Positions 9,171 to 18,578 of a stretch of DNA of 64,000 nt are shown in pieces. Location of the stretch: contig CAWCGQ010000001.1 of the NCBI GenBank assembly GCA_963795125.1, positions 1,175,024 through 1,239,023 of the forward strand, read 5' to 3'. A model generated the notes under the pieces. It had not been told where the DNA came from. It did no database searches and was given only the letters and a program-made list of their open reading frames with translations. The translations under genes were made by a program, and so were the position numbers. Numbering within the stretch: position 1 is the first letter of the stretch; each line of letters starts with the position of its first letter. The stretch comes from an uncultured Acidimicrobiia bacterium. GTDB taxonomy: Bacteria; Acidobacteriota; Vicinamibacteria; Vicinamibacterales; UBA2999.

Positions 9171-10934
9171 ATGGCTGAACAGTTAGGCTCCCTCGCCCGT
9201 ACTCATACCTGTGGCGCGCTTCGTCCGGCAGATGTCGGCGCCCATGCCGTGCTGCTTGGCTGGGTGCACCGCGTCCGCGATCTCGGATCGCTGCTGTTTC
9301 TCGACATCCGCGATCGTCACGGCCTCACCCAAGTGATCGTTGAAGGCGACGAGGCACTGCTCGAACGGGTCAAGCGCATCCGTTCCGAGTTCGTCGTCGC
9401 GGTGCTTGGTGAGGTCGAGCGGCGCTCGGCGGACACGGTGAATCTGGCGCTGCCGACCGGGGAAGTCGAGGTCCGGGCGAAGGAAGTGCGGATCCTGAAC
9501 GAGGCCAAGACGCCGCCGTTCTCGATTGCCGAGGACCAGAACGTTTCCGAAGAGACGCGCCTCAGGTATCGCTATCTCGATCTGCGCCGGCCGCAGTTGC
9601 AGCACAACATCGGGCTGCGCCATCGCGTCACGATGGCGCTGCGCAGGTATTTTGACGAACACGGCTTCTACGAGATCGAGACGCCGATCCTGACCAAGTC
9701 CACCCCCGAGGGCGCCCGCGATTTCCTGGTCCCGTCGCGGGTGCATCCGGGCGAGTTCTACGCGCTGCCGCAGTCGCCGCAGATCTTCAAGCAGATCCTG
9801 ATGATCGCCGGCTTCGATCGCTACGTGCAGATCGCGCGGTGCTTTCGGGATGAGGCGCTGCGTGCCGACCGACAGCTCGAGTTCACGCAAGTGGATCTGG
9901 AGATGTCGTTTGCGACGCCGCCGATGGTGTTCGAGATTGTCGAGGGCGCGCTGGCGGCATGTTTCCGTGAGATTGGCGTCGACATTCCCAGGCCGTTCCG
10001 GCGCATGCCCTACGCGGAAGCGATGGCCAAGTACGGCTCCGACAAGCCGGACCTGCGGTTCGGCCTGGCGATCCAGGACTTCGGCCCGCTGTTCGCGCAC
10101 TCGCCGTTCGGGATCTTCCGCGAGGCGGTGGAGCACGGCGGCACGATCCGCGGCTTCGTCATTCCCAACGCCGCGAAGTACTCCCGCCGCGAAGTCGACG
10201 AGCTGGTCGAGCTGGCCAAGCAGGCGGGCGCCGCCGGGTTGATCTATACGCGTTACACCGCGGAGGGCGTGCAGGTGTCGGCCAAGGCGATCGGCGAAGA
10301 GGGCGCGCGCCGGGTGCTCGAAGCGTCGGGCGCGAACAAGGAAGACCTGCTCGTGCTCGCCTCGGGCGCTCCCGATGCCGCGTCAAAGGTGCTTGGTCAA
10401 CTGCGCCTGCAGGTGGCGAAGAAGGAGAACCTGATCCCGCAGGGCAAGTGGGAGCTGACCTGGGTCACCGACTTTCCGCTGTTCGACTGGAACGCCGAGG
10501 AGAAGCGCTGGGATTCGGTCAACCACCCGTTCACCGCCCCGCGTGAAGAAGACCTCCACCTGCTGGAATCGGAGCCGGGCAAGGTGCTCGCCAAGGCCTA
10601 CGACGTGATCCTGAATGGCTGGGAGCTCGGCGGCGGCAGCATCCGTATCCACGATCGCGAGACCCAGGCCAAGGTGTTCCGCTTGCTCGGCATGTCGGAT
10701 GAGGATGCGAAGAGCCGGTTCGGCTTCTTCCTGGAATCACTCGACTACGGCACCCCGCCGCATGGCGGCCTGGCGCTCGGCCTCGATCGCATCTGCGCGC
10801 TGTTGTCGGGTGAGACCTCGATTCGCGAAGTGATCCCGTTCCCGAAGACGACCCAGGCGGCCGATCTGATGTGCGACGCGCCGTCGACGGTCGATCCGAG
10901 ACAGCTTCGCGAGTTGCACATTAAACCGATATAG
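9171..10934 (+). CDS. aspS: aspartate--tRNA ligase
   Basis: Full-length AspRS: OB-fold N-terminus, ..FYALPQSPQIFKQ.., ..GGGSIRIH.., ..PPHGGLALGLDR.. Confidence 0.95.
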   Translation: MAEQLGSLARTHTCGALRPADVGAHAVLLGWVHRVRDLGSLLFLDIRDRHGLTQVIVEGDEALLERVKRIRSEFVVAVLGEVERRSADTVNLALPTGEVEVRAKEVRILNEAKTPPFSIAEDQNVSEETRLRYRYLDLRRPQLQHNIGLRHRVTMALRRYFDEHGFYEIETPILTKSTPEGARDFLVPSRVHPGEFYALPQSPQIFKQILMIAGFDRYVQIARCFRDEALRADRQLEFTQVDLEMSFATPPMVFEIVEGALAACFREIGVDIPRPFRRMPYAEAMAKYGSDKPDLRFGLAIQDFGPLFAHSPFGIFREAVEHGGTIRGFVIPNAAKYSRREVDELVELAKQAGAAGLIYTRYTAEGVQVSAKAIGEEGARRVLEASGANKEDLLVLASGAPDAASKVLGQLRLQVAKKENLIPQGKWELTWVTDFPLFDWNAEEKRWDSVNHPFTAPREEDLHLLESEPGKVLAKAYDVILNGWELGGGSIRIHDRETQAKVFRLLGMSDEDAKSRFGFFLESLDYGTPPHGGLALGLDRICALLSGETSIREVIPFPKTTQAADLMCDAPSTVDPRQLRELHIKPI

Positions 10935-10964
10935 AGTGCGTACCGTACGCACCGGACGCACTTT
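10935..10964 (+). terminator. weak hairpin after aspS
   Basis: GTGCGTA-CCG-TACGCAC (10936-10952), or alternatively AGTGCG..CGCACT followed by TT. The U-tract is poor. Confidence 0.35.
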
Positions 10965-10979
10965 AGATAGATTGGACAT

Positions 10980-11319
10980 ATGCCTCGGCTGTTCTCATAC
11001 GGAACCTTGCAACAGGAAGAAGTGCAGCTTGCCACCTTCGGGCGCAAGCTCGACGGGCAGAAGGATCTGATCACCGGCTACGAGCCCTCACTGCTGAAGA
11101 TCACCGACGCCGCGGTGGCGGCACGCCTGGGGAAGTCGCATCACGACAATATTTCCGCGACGGGCGACGACTGGAGCAACGTCCAGGGCACGGTGTTCGA
11201 AGTCACCGATGCCGAGCTGGCCGTGGCGGACCGGTTCGAGGCGCAGGTACTCCTACAAGCGCGTGAACGTCACGCTCGCGTCCGGGAACGACGCGTGGGT
11301 GTACGTGCACGATCAATAG
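10980..11319 (+). pseudogene. gamma-glutamylcyclotransferase (AIG2/GGCT-like) family gene, frameshifted as assembled
   Basis: N-terminal part MPRLFSYGTLQQEEVQLATFGRKL..VFEVTDAELAVADRFEAQ is in frame 0. The family-typical C-terminus YSYKRVNVTLASGNDAWVYVHDQ* is in frame +1 (TAG 11317-11319). The 429-aa track ORF beyond about 11245 is Arg-rich read-through over the next gene. Confidence 0.75.
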
Positions 11320-11337
11320 GGTGCCTGCGGGCGCCGG

Positions 11338-12384
11338 ATGCTGACACGCCTGTTCGGAATCGACCTCCCCATCATCCAGGCGCCGATGGCCGGTTCGCAG
11401 GGGAGCGCCCTGGCGATCGCGGTCTCGAATGCCGGCGGGTTGGGGTCGCTGCCGTGCGCGATGCTGACCCCGGATGCGATCCGGCAGGAGCTGCGCGCGA
11501 TCACCGCCGCCACCACCCGGCCCTACAACGTCAACTTTTTCTGCCATCAGCCACCCGCGCCGGATCCGGAGCGCGAGGCGGCGTGGCGGCGGCTGTTGGC
11601 GCCGTACTATGCCGAGCTCGGGATCGATCCGCAGTCCATTCAGGAGGGTCCGCAGCGGCTGCCGTTCAGCGCCGACGCGGCCGATGTGCTCGAGGAGTTC
11701 AGGCCGCCGGTCGTGAGCTTTCATTTCGGGCTGCCGTCGAGCGCCCTGGTCGCGCGCGTCAAGAGCTGGGGCGCGAAGGTGCTGTCGTCGGCCACCACCA
11801 TCGACGAAGCCAGGTATCTCGAGGCGCACGGCGTCGACGCGGTGATCGCCCAGGGTTTCGAAGCCGGCGGCCATCGTGGTCTCTTCCTGAGCGACGACAT
11901 CAACACCCAGACCGGGACGATGGCGCTGACCTGGCAGATCTCGAAGGCCATCGACATCCCCGTCATTGCCGCCGGGGGCATTGCCGATGCGCTGGGCGTC
12001 ACGGCCGCCAGAGTCCTTGGCGCGGCGGGCGCCCAGGTCGGCACCGCCTACCTGTTGTGTCCAGAGGCGACGACCAGTGCGATTCACCGCGCGGCGCTCA
12101 CCAGCGATGCGGCCCGCTACACCGCGCTGACCAACCTGTTCACCGGCCGCCCGGCGCGCGGCATCATCAACCGATTGATGCGCGAGCTTGGTCCGATGAG
12201 CGGCGCGGCGCCGCCGTTTCCGCTCGCCGCCGCCGCGGTCCTGCCGCTGCGGACCAGCGCGGAACGTGACGGCCGCGGCGATTTCTCGTCGCTCTGGGCG
12301 GGTCAGAACGTTTCCGGCTGCCGCGAACTGCCGGCCGCGACGGTGACCTGCCAGCTCGCCGGTCTCGAGCCGCCGGGCCCCTAG
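11338..12384 (+). CDS. nitronate monooxygenase (2-nitropropane dioxygenase-like, FMN-dependent)
   Basis: MLTRLFGIDLPIIQAPMAGSQGSALAIAVSNAGGLGSL.. and ..IPVIAAGGIADA.. are NMO family hallmarks. Confidence 0.85.
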   Translation: MLTRLFGIDLPIIQAPMAGSQGSALAIAVSNAGGLGSLPCAMLTPDAIRQELRAITAATTRPYNVNFFCHQPPAPDPEREAAWRRLLAPYYAELGIDPQSIQEGPQRLPFSADAADVLEEFRPPVVSFHFGLPSSALVARVKSWGAKVLSSATTIDEARYLEAHGVDAVIAQGFEAGGHRGLFLSDDINTQTGTMALTWQISKAIDIPVIAAGGIADALGVTAARVLGAAGAQVGTAYLLCPEATTSAIHRAALTSDAARYTALTNLFTGRPARGIINRLMRELGPMSGAAPPFPLAAAAVLPLRTSAERDGRGDFSSLWAGQNVSGCRELPAATVTCQLAGLEPPGP

Positions 12385-12414
12385 TCGCGGTGGTAATATC
12401 CGACCGGCCGGATC

Positions 12415-14820
12415 ATGGCAGGGCGCCGGACTCACTATGGCCCGTACGCGATCGTTGCCCCGCTCGGCGCGGGCGGTATGGGCGAGGTCTATCGCGCGCA
12501 CGATCCGCGGCTGCGCCGCGACGTCGCCATCAAGATTCTCCCCCCACAGCGCCTCGACGATCCCGAATCGGTTGCGCGTCTGGCGCGCGAATCGCGGCTG
12601 GTCGCCGCGCTCGCCCATCCTGCAATCGTTACCATCCACGACGTCGGTGAAGAGGATGGGCGGTTCTATTTTGTTACCGAGTTGCTGGACGGCGAGACCC
12701 TGCGCGAGCGGTTAGGGCGGGGACGTTTGCCGATTGGCGAGGCGCTCGACTTTGCGGCGGCCATCGCCAGCGCTCTTGCCGCGGCGCACGCGCGCGGCAT
12801 CGTGCATCGTGACTTGAAGCCGGAGAACCTGATGTGCGTCGCCGCGGGCGGCGTCAAGGTGCTCGATTTTGGCATTGCCAAAGTCGTGGCGTCATCGGAC
12901 GCCCAGACCGAGGCGGCCGCGACCTTCGTGACGCAAGGCGGCGCGATCATCGGCACGCCCGCGTACATGGCGCCGGAACAACTCGACGGCCGCGCCATCG
13001 ATCATCGGACCGATCAGTTTGCTTTTGGCGCGGTCCTGTACGAAATGCTGGCCGGCCGGCGGCCCTTCGCCGGCGCGACGCCGGCGGAAGTGTCGGCCAG
13101 CATCCTGCGCGACGAGCCGGCGCACCTTACCGCCGTGCGCGGCGATATTCCGACGCCCCTGGCGCGGATCGTCGCGCGCTGCCTCGACAAGAATCCGGAG
13201 CAGCGCTATGCGTCGACCGCGGATCTGGCCCACGCGGTAGCCGATGTTCGGACCGATCTCAGAACGCCCACCGCGACCGTCCCGCTCCCGCCGGGCCGCG
13301 GCCGGCGTTTGGTCTGGCTCGGCGCGCTGGCGGTCATCGTCGCCATCGCCGGCGGAGTGATGTTTGTCCGGCCGCGCGAACCCGCGGCGATGCCGGCTGA
13401 GGGGATCGGTCGAACGACAGCGGTGGCGGTCATGCCCTTTGCCACCATCGGCGACGGGGAAGCCTATTTTGCCGACGGCATCACCGAGGCGGTAACCAGG
13501 CAACTGGGACACATCGATGGCGCGAAGGTGGTTGCGTCCCACAGTGCCTTCGCCTATCGCGGCCGCACCGAGGGTTTCCGCCAGATCGGCCGCGAACTCG
13601 GCGTCGAATTAATGGTGCGCGGATCGGTCCAACGGGCGGCGGATCGCATCCGGATCAGCGCGGCCCTCGTCAACACCGTCGATGACGCCACGCTGTGGAG
13701 CGAACAATACGAGCGCGCCAGCGCGGACGTGCTGAGCGTGCAGGACGACATCGCATGGCAGGTTGCCGCCAGACTGGCGGGCACGCTCGGCCGGCCGGCG
13801 CCGGCGCGCCCCTCCGTCACCCCGCGCACGACCCCCGCCGCCTACGAAGCGTTCTTGCGGGGAATCGCCCACATGCGAGGAAGTGCTTCGGGCTTTGCCC
13901 AGGGCATTTCCGAGCTCGAGCGGGCGGTGGCGCTGGATCCAGCCTTCGCCCTGGCACGCGCCCGCCTGGCGAGCGCCTATACGCAGCAGTTCTTTTACAA
14001 CGCGTCGGAACCGGCCCTCGAGCGCAAGGCGTTTGTCGAGATCGAACAGGCGCTCGCGATCAATCCCGACCTGGCCGAAGCGTATCTGGCTCGCGCGCAG
14101 CTGATGTGGAACCTCCGGAATGGCTTTCCACACGAACGCGCGATCGCCGACGTGAAGCGCGCCATCGCGAGCAATCCGAGCCTGGCCGAGGCGCACATCG
14201 AGCTCGGCAAGCTGTATTTCCACATCGGCCTGATTGACGAGTCCATTGTCGCCAACGAGGAGGCGCTGCGACTCGACCCGCGCGCGTCGCCGCCCTTGCA
14301 GCGGCTGATCGGCGCGAAGATCGACGGTGGCAGAGGCGCGGAGCTTGCCGACGAGCTCGCTCGCAGTCCACAGTGGCCGCTGCGGTCTCGTTCAGCCGTC
14401 TTGTCCGACCTCGGCAGAACGGACGAGGCGATTACGGCAATCCTGCCGCGCGGCGCAACCAACGAGGAGATCCACAAGGCCGAGATGAACGAAGTGGCGC
14501 TGCTGGCGCAGTTGTTTGCGCGCAGTAACCGCCGCGCCGACGCGCAGCGCGCGCTGGCCGCCGCCATTCCGTTGGCGGCCAACCCCACGGGGCTGTCGGA
14601 CACCCACCACGCGCAGTTTGCGATTGGCTGCGCGTACGCGCTGCTGGGCAAGAGCGACCAGGCCCTGGAGTGGGTCACCAGGGCCGCAAATGAGGGATAT
14701 CCGTCGTACCGGCGCTTCTCGCGGGAACCGGATCTGAAGAGCCTGGCGGCCCATCCCGGTTTCCTCAAGCTGCTGGAGCGGCTTCGGCAGGATCATGGGC
14801 GTTGGCGAAGAAGCCTGTAG
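12415..14820 (+). CDS. serine/threonine protein kinase with TM segment and C-terminal TPR-repeat region
   Basis: Hanks kinase motifs GAGGMGEVY, VAIK, HRDLKPEN, DFG and APE. A hydrophobic segment (LVWLGALAVIVAIAGGVMF) is followed by a TPR-like repeat domain. Confidence 0.9.
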   Translation: MAGRRTHYGPYAIVAPLGAGGMGEVYRAHDPRLRRDVAIKILPPQRLDDPESVARLARESRLVAALAHPAIVTIHDVGEEDGRFYFVTELLDGETLRERLGRGRLPIGEALDFAAAIASALAAAHARGIVHRDLKPENLMCVAAGGVKVLDFGIAKVVASSDAQTEAAATFVTQGGAIIGTPAYMAPEQLDGRAIDHRTDQFAFGAVLYEMLAGRRPFAGATPAEVSASILRDEPAHLTAVRGDIPTPLARIVARCLDKNPEQRYASTADLAHAVADVRTDLRTPTATVPLPPGRGRRLVWLGALAVIVAIAGGVMFVRPREPAAMPAEGIGRTTAVAVMPFATIGDGEAYFADGITEAVTRQLGHIDGAKVVASHSAFAYRGRTEGFRQIGRELGVELMVRGSVQRAADRIRISAALVNTVDDATLWSEQYERASADVLSVQDDIAWQVAARLAGTLGRPAPARPSVTPRTTPAAYEAFLRGIAHMRGSASGFAQGISELERAVALDPAFALARARLASAYTQQFFYNASEPALERKAFVEIEQALAINPDLAEAYLARAQLMWNLRNGFPHERAIADVKRAIASNPSLAEAHIELGKLYFHIGLIDESIVANEEALRLDPRASPPLQRLIGAKIDGGRGAELADELARSPQWPLRSRSAVLSDLGRTDEAITAILPRGATNEEIHKAEMNEVALLAQLFARSNRRADAQRALAAAIPLAANPTGLSDTHHAQFAIGCAYALLGKSDQALEWVTRAANEGYPSYRRFSREPDLKSLAAHPGFLKLLERLRQDHGRWRRSL

Positions 14821-14932
14821 GGCCGAAACTGACTGCGACTTGATCGGAATCGGTCGCGATGCTACGCTTGGTGCCGTGAAGTCTCGTTAACTGTCTGCAA
14901 TACAAGGAGATACGCGAATCAGCACGGCGTCA

Positions 14933-15892
14933 ATGCGCAAGGTTACGGTGCCCGAGGCGGGCGTCACTACGCTGTTTGGAGCGTACGACGATAATCTCCG
15001 GCAGCTTGAATCCCTCCTGAACGTCCGCATTCGCACCCAGGGCCACGATCTGATGGTCGAAGGTGAGGCGGTCGCCACCGCGAAGGTGGCGCGCCTGGTC
15101 GAACAGCTCGGCGTGCTGATTGGCGAAGGCCATTCCATCTCCGACAAAGACGTGAAGACCGCGGCGCAACTGTTCGCCGACGATGCCGCGGTCGATCTGC
15201 GCGACTACTTCCTCAAGGACGGCCAGCTGCGCACCGCGGGCAAGCGCCGCATCGCCGCGAAGTCCGCGAACCAGCGCCGCTACCTCGAGGCGATCGATCA
15301 GCACGACATCGTGTTCGGCATCGGCCCTGCCGGCACCGGGAAGACCTATCTCGCGATGGCGCAGGCGGTGAGCTATCTGCTCGCGAAGAAGGTGAGCCGC
15401 ATCGTCCTGGCGAGGCCCGCGGTTGAAGCGGGAGAGAAGCTCGGGTTTCTGCCCGGTGACTTGCAGGAGAAGGTCAATCCCTACCTGCGCCCGCTCTACG
15501 ACGCGCTCTACGACATGCTGGACGTCGAGAAGGCCGAGAAGTATCTCGAACGTGGCGCGATCGAGGTGGCGCCGCTCGCCTTCATGCGCGGCCGCACGCT
15601 GAACGATGCGTTCGTGATTCTCGACGAGGCGCAAAACACCACCACCGAACAGATGAAGATGTTCCTGACGCGGCTGGGCTTCGGCTCGAAGGCGGTCGTC
15701 ACCGGCGACGTCACGCAGATCGATCTCCCCGGCGCGCGGGTGTCGGGCCTGGTGCAGGCGATGGAAGTGGTCGGCAAGGTCGACGGCATTGCGTTCGTCT
15801 ACTTCGACGAGCGCGACGTCGTCCGTCACAAACTGGTGCAGGCAATCGTCAAGGCGTATGACGCGTATGGCAGCGGCCCGTCTGCGCGTTAG
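14933..15892 (+). CDS. phoH: PhoH-like ATPase
   Basis: ..[15 protein letters not shown].. Walker A motif and PhoH family layout. Confidence 0.9.
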   Translation: MRKVTVPEAGVTTLFGAYDDNLRQLESLLNVRIRTQGHDLMVEGEAVATAKVARLVEQLGVLIGEGHSISDKDVKTAAQLFADDAAVDLRDYFLKDGQLRTAGKRRIAAKSANQRRYLEAIDQHDIVFGIGPAGTGKTYLAMAQAVSYLLAKKVSRIVLARPAVEAGEKLGFLPGDLQEKVNPYLRPLYDALYDMLDVEKAEKYLERGAIEVAPLAFMRGRTLNDAFVILDEAQNTTTEQMKMFLTRLGFGSKAVVTGDVTQIDLPGARVSGLVQAMEVVGKVDGIAFVYFDERDVVRHKLVQAIVKAYDAYGSGPSAR

Positions 15893-16307
15893 CGTGGCCT
15901 CGCCCGACACCGCGGATCCGCTCACCCGCGGGCTGGGTCCGTGGCTGGCGAAGGTCGCGCCGGCGGCGGCGCGCGGCGATGTGAGCCTGGCGATTGTGTC
16001 CGACCGGCGGATGCGCGCCCTCAACCGCCAGTTCCGCGGCAAGGACGTCGTCACCGACGTGTTGTCGTTCCCGTCGGGGACGCGTGGATTCATGGGCGAC
16101 GTGGTGATTGCCTCCGGCGTGGCGAAGCGGCAGGCGAAGGCCGCCGGTCACCCGGCCGGAACCGAGGTCCGCGTGCTCGCGCTGCATGGGCTGCTGCACC
16201 TGCTCGGTTACGACCACGAGTCCGACGATGGGAGAATGGCGCGGGCGGAGATGCGCCTGCGCAAGCAGGCCGGTCTCAAGGAAGGCTTAATCGAACGCCG
16301 TCGATGA
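15858..16307 (+). CDS. ybeY: rRNA maturation RNase YbeY
   Basis: ..VTDVLSFP.. and the zinc motif [11 protein letters not shown]. The start is uncertain (ATG 15858 or 15867, or GTG 15894, just after the phoH stop). Confidence 0.85.
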   Translation: MTRMAAARLRVSVASPDTADPLTRGLGPWLAKVAPAAARGDVSLAIVSDRRMRALNRQFRGKDVVTDVLSFPSGTRGFMGDVVIASGVAKRQAKAAGHPAGTEVRVLALHGLLHLLGYDHESDDGRMARAEMRLRKQAGLKEGLIERRR

Positions 16308-17572
16308 CACCTTTACTGTTGTTCCTCCTGGGATGTGCCGTCACCTACCTCGGCACCGTCTCAGCGGCGTTCAACGCGCTGATGCGGCTGTCGCTGCGCA
16401 TCCACGCCGAACGCACCGATCGCGACGACGCGCTGGGGCGGTATCTGGACGATCCGCGACGGTTCTTCGTGCCGGTGCGCATGCTGACCAGCACGCTGAT
16501 GGTGATCGCCGCGGCGCTGCTCGCGCGCGTCACCGGCCTCAGCTCCGCGGGTTTCCCGGTGCTGATCCTGTCGATTGTCAGCATCGTGATCACCTGCGAG
16601 CATTTGATCCCGCTGCTGATCGTCCGCCGCGATCCCGAGCGCGTGCTCGACGTGCTGCTGCCGTCGTTCGACGTCATCGCCGGCCTGCTGCGGCCGCTGA
16701 CCTCGATGTTGCTGCGCATGGGGACCAGCCGGTCGAAGGAGCGCGGCAACGGCAACGGCCACCCGGCGCCGGCGCCGGAAGCGGAGTCGTCGGCCGCCGC
16801 CGCCACCGAGCAGCAGGAACAGCACGATGCGGTGCAGGAAGGGCAGGCCCGCGAGCTGCTGCGCAACCTCGCCGACTTTCGCGAGACCATGGTGCGCGAG
16901 GTGATGACGCCGCGGCCCGACATCATCGCGATTGAAAACACCGCGACCGTCGACCAGCTGTTGACGCTGTTCCGCGAACAGCAGTACTCGCGTCTGCCGG
17001 TCTTCAACGAGACGCTCGACAACGTCGTCGGCATCCTGTTCATCAAGGATCTGCTGCAGCAGCTCCGGCCGGGCACGGCGATGAGCGGACCGATCGCGCC
17101 GTTCATCCGGCCGGCGCACTTCGTCCCCGAGACCAAGCGGGTGCCGGATCTGCTCAAGGAGTTCCAGCGCAAGCGCCTGCAGATTGCGATCGTGGTCGAT
17201 GAGTACGGCGGCACCGCCGGACTGGTGACGGTCGAGGACCTGCTCGAGGAAATTGTCGGCGAGATTCGTGACGAGTACGACGTCGAGGTGGAACGGATCG
17301 TCGATGAAGGCCAGGGCTCGTTCCTGCTGAGCGGCAGCGTGCACGTCGAAGAGATGGCGACGCTGCTCAAAGTCGACGTCGAAGGCCAGGGATTTGAAAC
17401 GGTCGGCGGCTTCCTGCTGTCGCGCCTGGGACGGGTGCCCGCGGTCGGCGATCATTTCGAAGTGGATGGCCTCGACGTGGAAATTGTCGAGACCGAGCAG
17501 CGCCGCATCACCCGGGTGCGAATGCGCCGGCTGGTGCCCGTGGCCAGCGGCGACCCGTCGCAACACGCATGA
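16304..17572 (+). CDS. HlyC/CorC-family transporter (DUF21 membrane domain + CBS pair + CorC_HlyC domain)
   Basis: Start ATG 16304 ([13 protein letters not shown]..) overlaps the ybeY stop. A TM region is followed by the ..VREVMTPRPDI.. CBS pair and a C-terminal transporter-associated domain. Confidence 0.85.
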   Translation: MTPLLLFLLGCAVTYLGTVSAAFNALMRLSLRIHAERTDRDDALGRYLDDPRRFFVPVRMLTSTLMVIAAALLARVTGLSSAGFPVLILSIVSIVITCEHLIPLLIVRRDPERVLDVLLPSFDVIAGLLRPLTSMLLRMGTSRSKERGNGNGHPAPAPEAESSAAAATEQQEQHDAVQEGQARELLRNLADFRETMVREVMTPRPDIIAIENTATVDQLLTLFREQQYSRLPVFNETLDNVVGILFIKDLLQQLRPGTAMSGPIAPFIRPAHFVPETKRVPDLLKEFQRKRLQIAIVVDEYGGTAGLVTVEDLLEEIVGEIRDEYDVEVERIVDEGQGSFLLSGSVHVEEMATLLKVDVEGQGFETVGGFLLSRLGRVPAVGDHFEVDGLDVEIVETEQRRITRVRMRRLVPVASGDPSQHA

Positions 17573-18487
17573 AGGCCGGCCTGGTCGCGCTGGTCGGCCG
17601 GCCCAACGCCGGCAAGTCGACTCTGCTCAACCACCTGGTCGGGCAGAAGCTGGCGATCGTGTCCGACAAGCCGCAAACCACCCGCAACCGCATTGTCGGC
17701 GTGAAACAGGTGGTCGGGCCGGCGGGCGGTCAGGTGGTTGGCCAGATCGTGTTCGTCGATACACCGGGCATCCACAAGCCGCTGCATCGCCTGAACGTGC
17801 GCATGGTGGATACGGCGATCGATACGTTTGGCGAAGTCGATCTGATCGCGGTGGTGATCGATGCCAGCGAACCGAGCGGCGGCGGCGATCGCTTCCTGCT
17901 CGACCTGGTCGCGCGGTCCCGGACGCCGCGCATCCTGGTGCTGAACAAGGTCGATCTGGTGCAGAAGCAGCAGTTGTTGCCCCGCCTGACCGAGTACGAG
18001 ACGGAAGGCTTCGAGGAGCTCGTGCCGATCTCCGCCAGGACCGGCGAAAACGTCGATCGGCTCGAGCAGGTGCTGCTGTCGCGGCTGCCGGAAGGCGACC
18101 CGATCTATCCCGACGATTACCTGACCGATCAGCCCGAACGGTTCTTCGTGGCGGAGCTGGTGCGCGAGCAGGTGCTGCAGCAGACCCACGCCGAACTGCC
18201 GTTCTCGACCGCGGTGGTCGTGGACAAGTTCGAGGAAGCCGACGCCAAGGGCCTGATGCGGCTTCTACTGCACCATCCTGGTCGACCGCGAGTCGCAGAA
18301 GCCGATTCTGGTCGGCAAGGCCGGGGCGCGGATCAAGGCGATCGGGACGGCCGCGCGCAAGGAGCTCGAGGCCTTTTTCGACGCGCGCGTGTTTCTCGAT
18401 CTGCACGTCAAGGTTCGTGAAGGCTGGCGCGAGGACGAGCGGATGCTCGATTCGCTCGGTCTGCCATCGCGGAAAAAGAAGCACTGA
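17569..18487 (+). pseudogene. era: GTPase Era, frameshifted as assembled near 18265
   Basis: The G-domain (GRPNAGKSTLLN, DTPG, NKVD) is in frame 1. The KH-domain C-terminus YCTILVDRESQKPILVGKAGARIKAIGTAARKELEAFFDARVFLDLHVKVREGWREDERMLDSLG.. continues in frame 2 to TGA 18485-18487. Confidence 0.85.
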
Positions 18488-18494
18488 CGCCGTC

Positions 18495-18530
18495 GATGTT
18501 GCATGAGGGGGCTGCCCCCGTCTTCAACAT
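18495..18530 (+). terminator. hairpin after era
   Basis: GATGTTG..GGGGG-CTG-CCCCC..CAACAT forms a nested stem. The U-tract is weak. Confidence 0.4.
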
Positions 18531-18578
18531 TCGTTGTGCGTGTTCTGCGCCTTCTGCGGATAACATTGCCTGATCGCT

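Noticed and set aside
10980-12269. 429-aa ORF listed in the track as a single protein.
   Set aside because: Only the first ~88 codons are protein-like (GGCT family). The rest is Arg-rich read-through overlapping the well-supported nitronate monooxygenase gene in another frame. The true C-terminus is in frame +1 and ends at 11319.
18488-18578. Possible M-box (ykoK) Mg2+ riboswitch upstream of mgtE.
   Set aside because: The spacer is only ~90 nt, too short for an M-box (about 160 nt). It is largely taken up by the era terminator hairpin, and no conserved M-box elements are recognisable.
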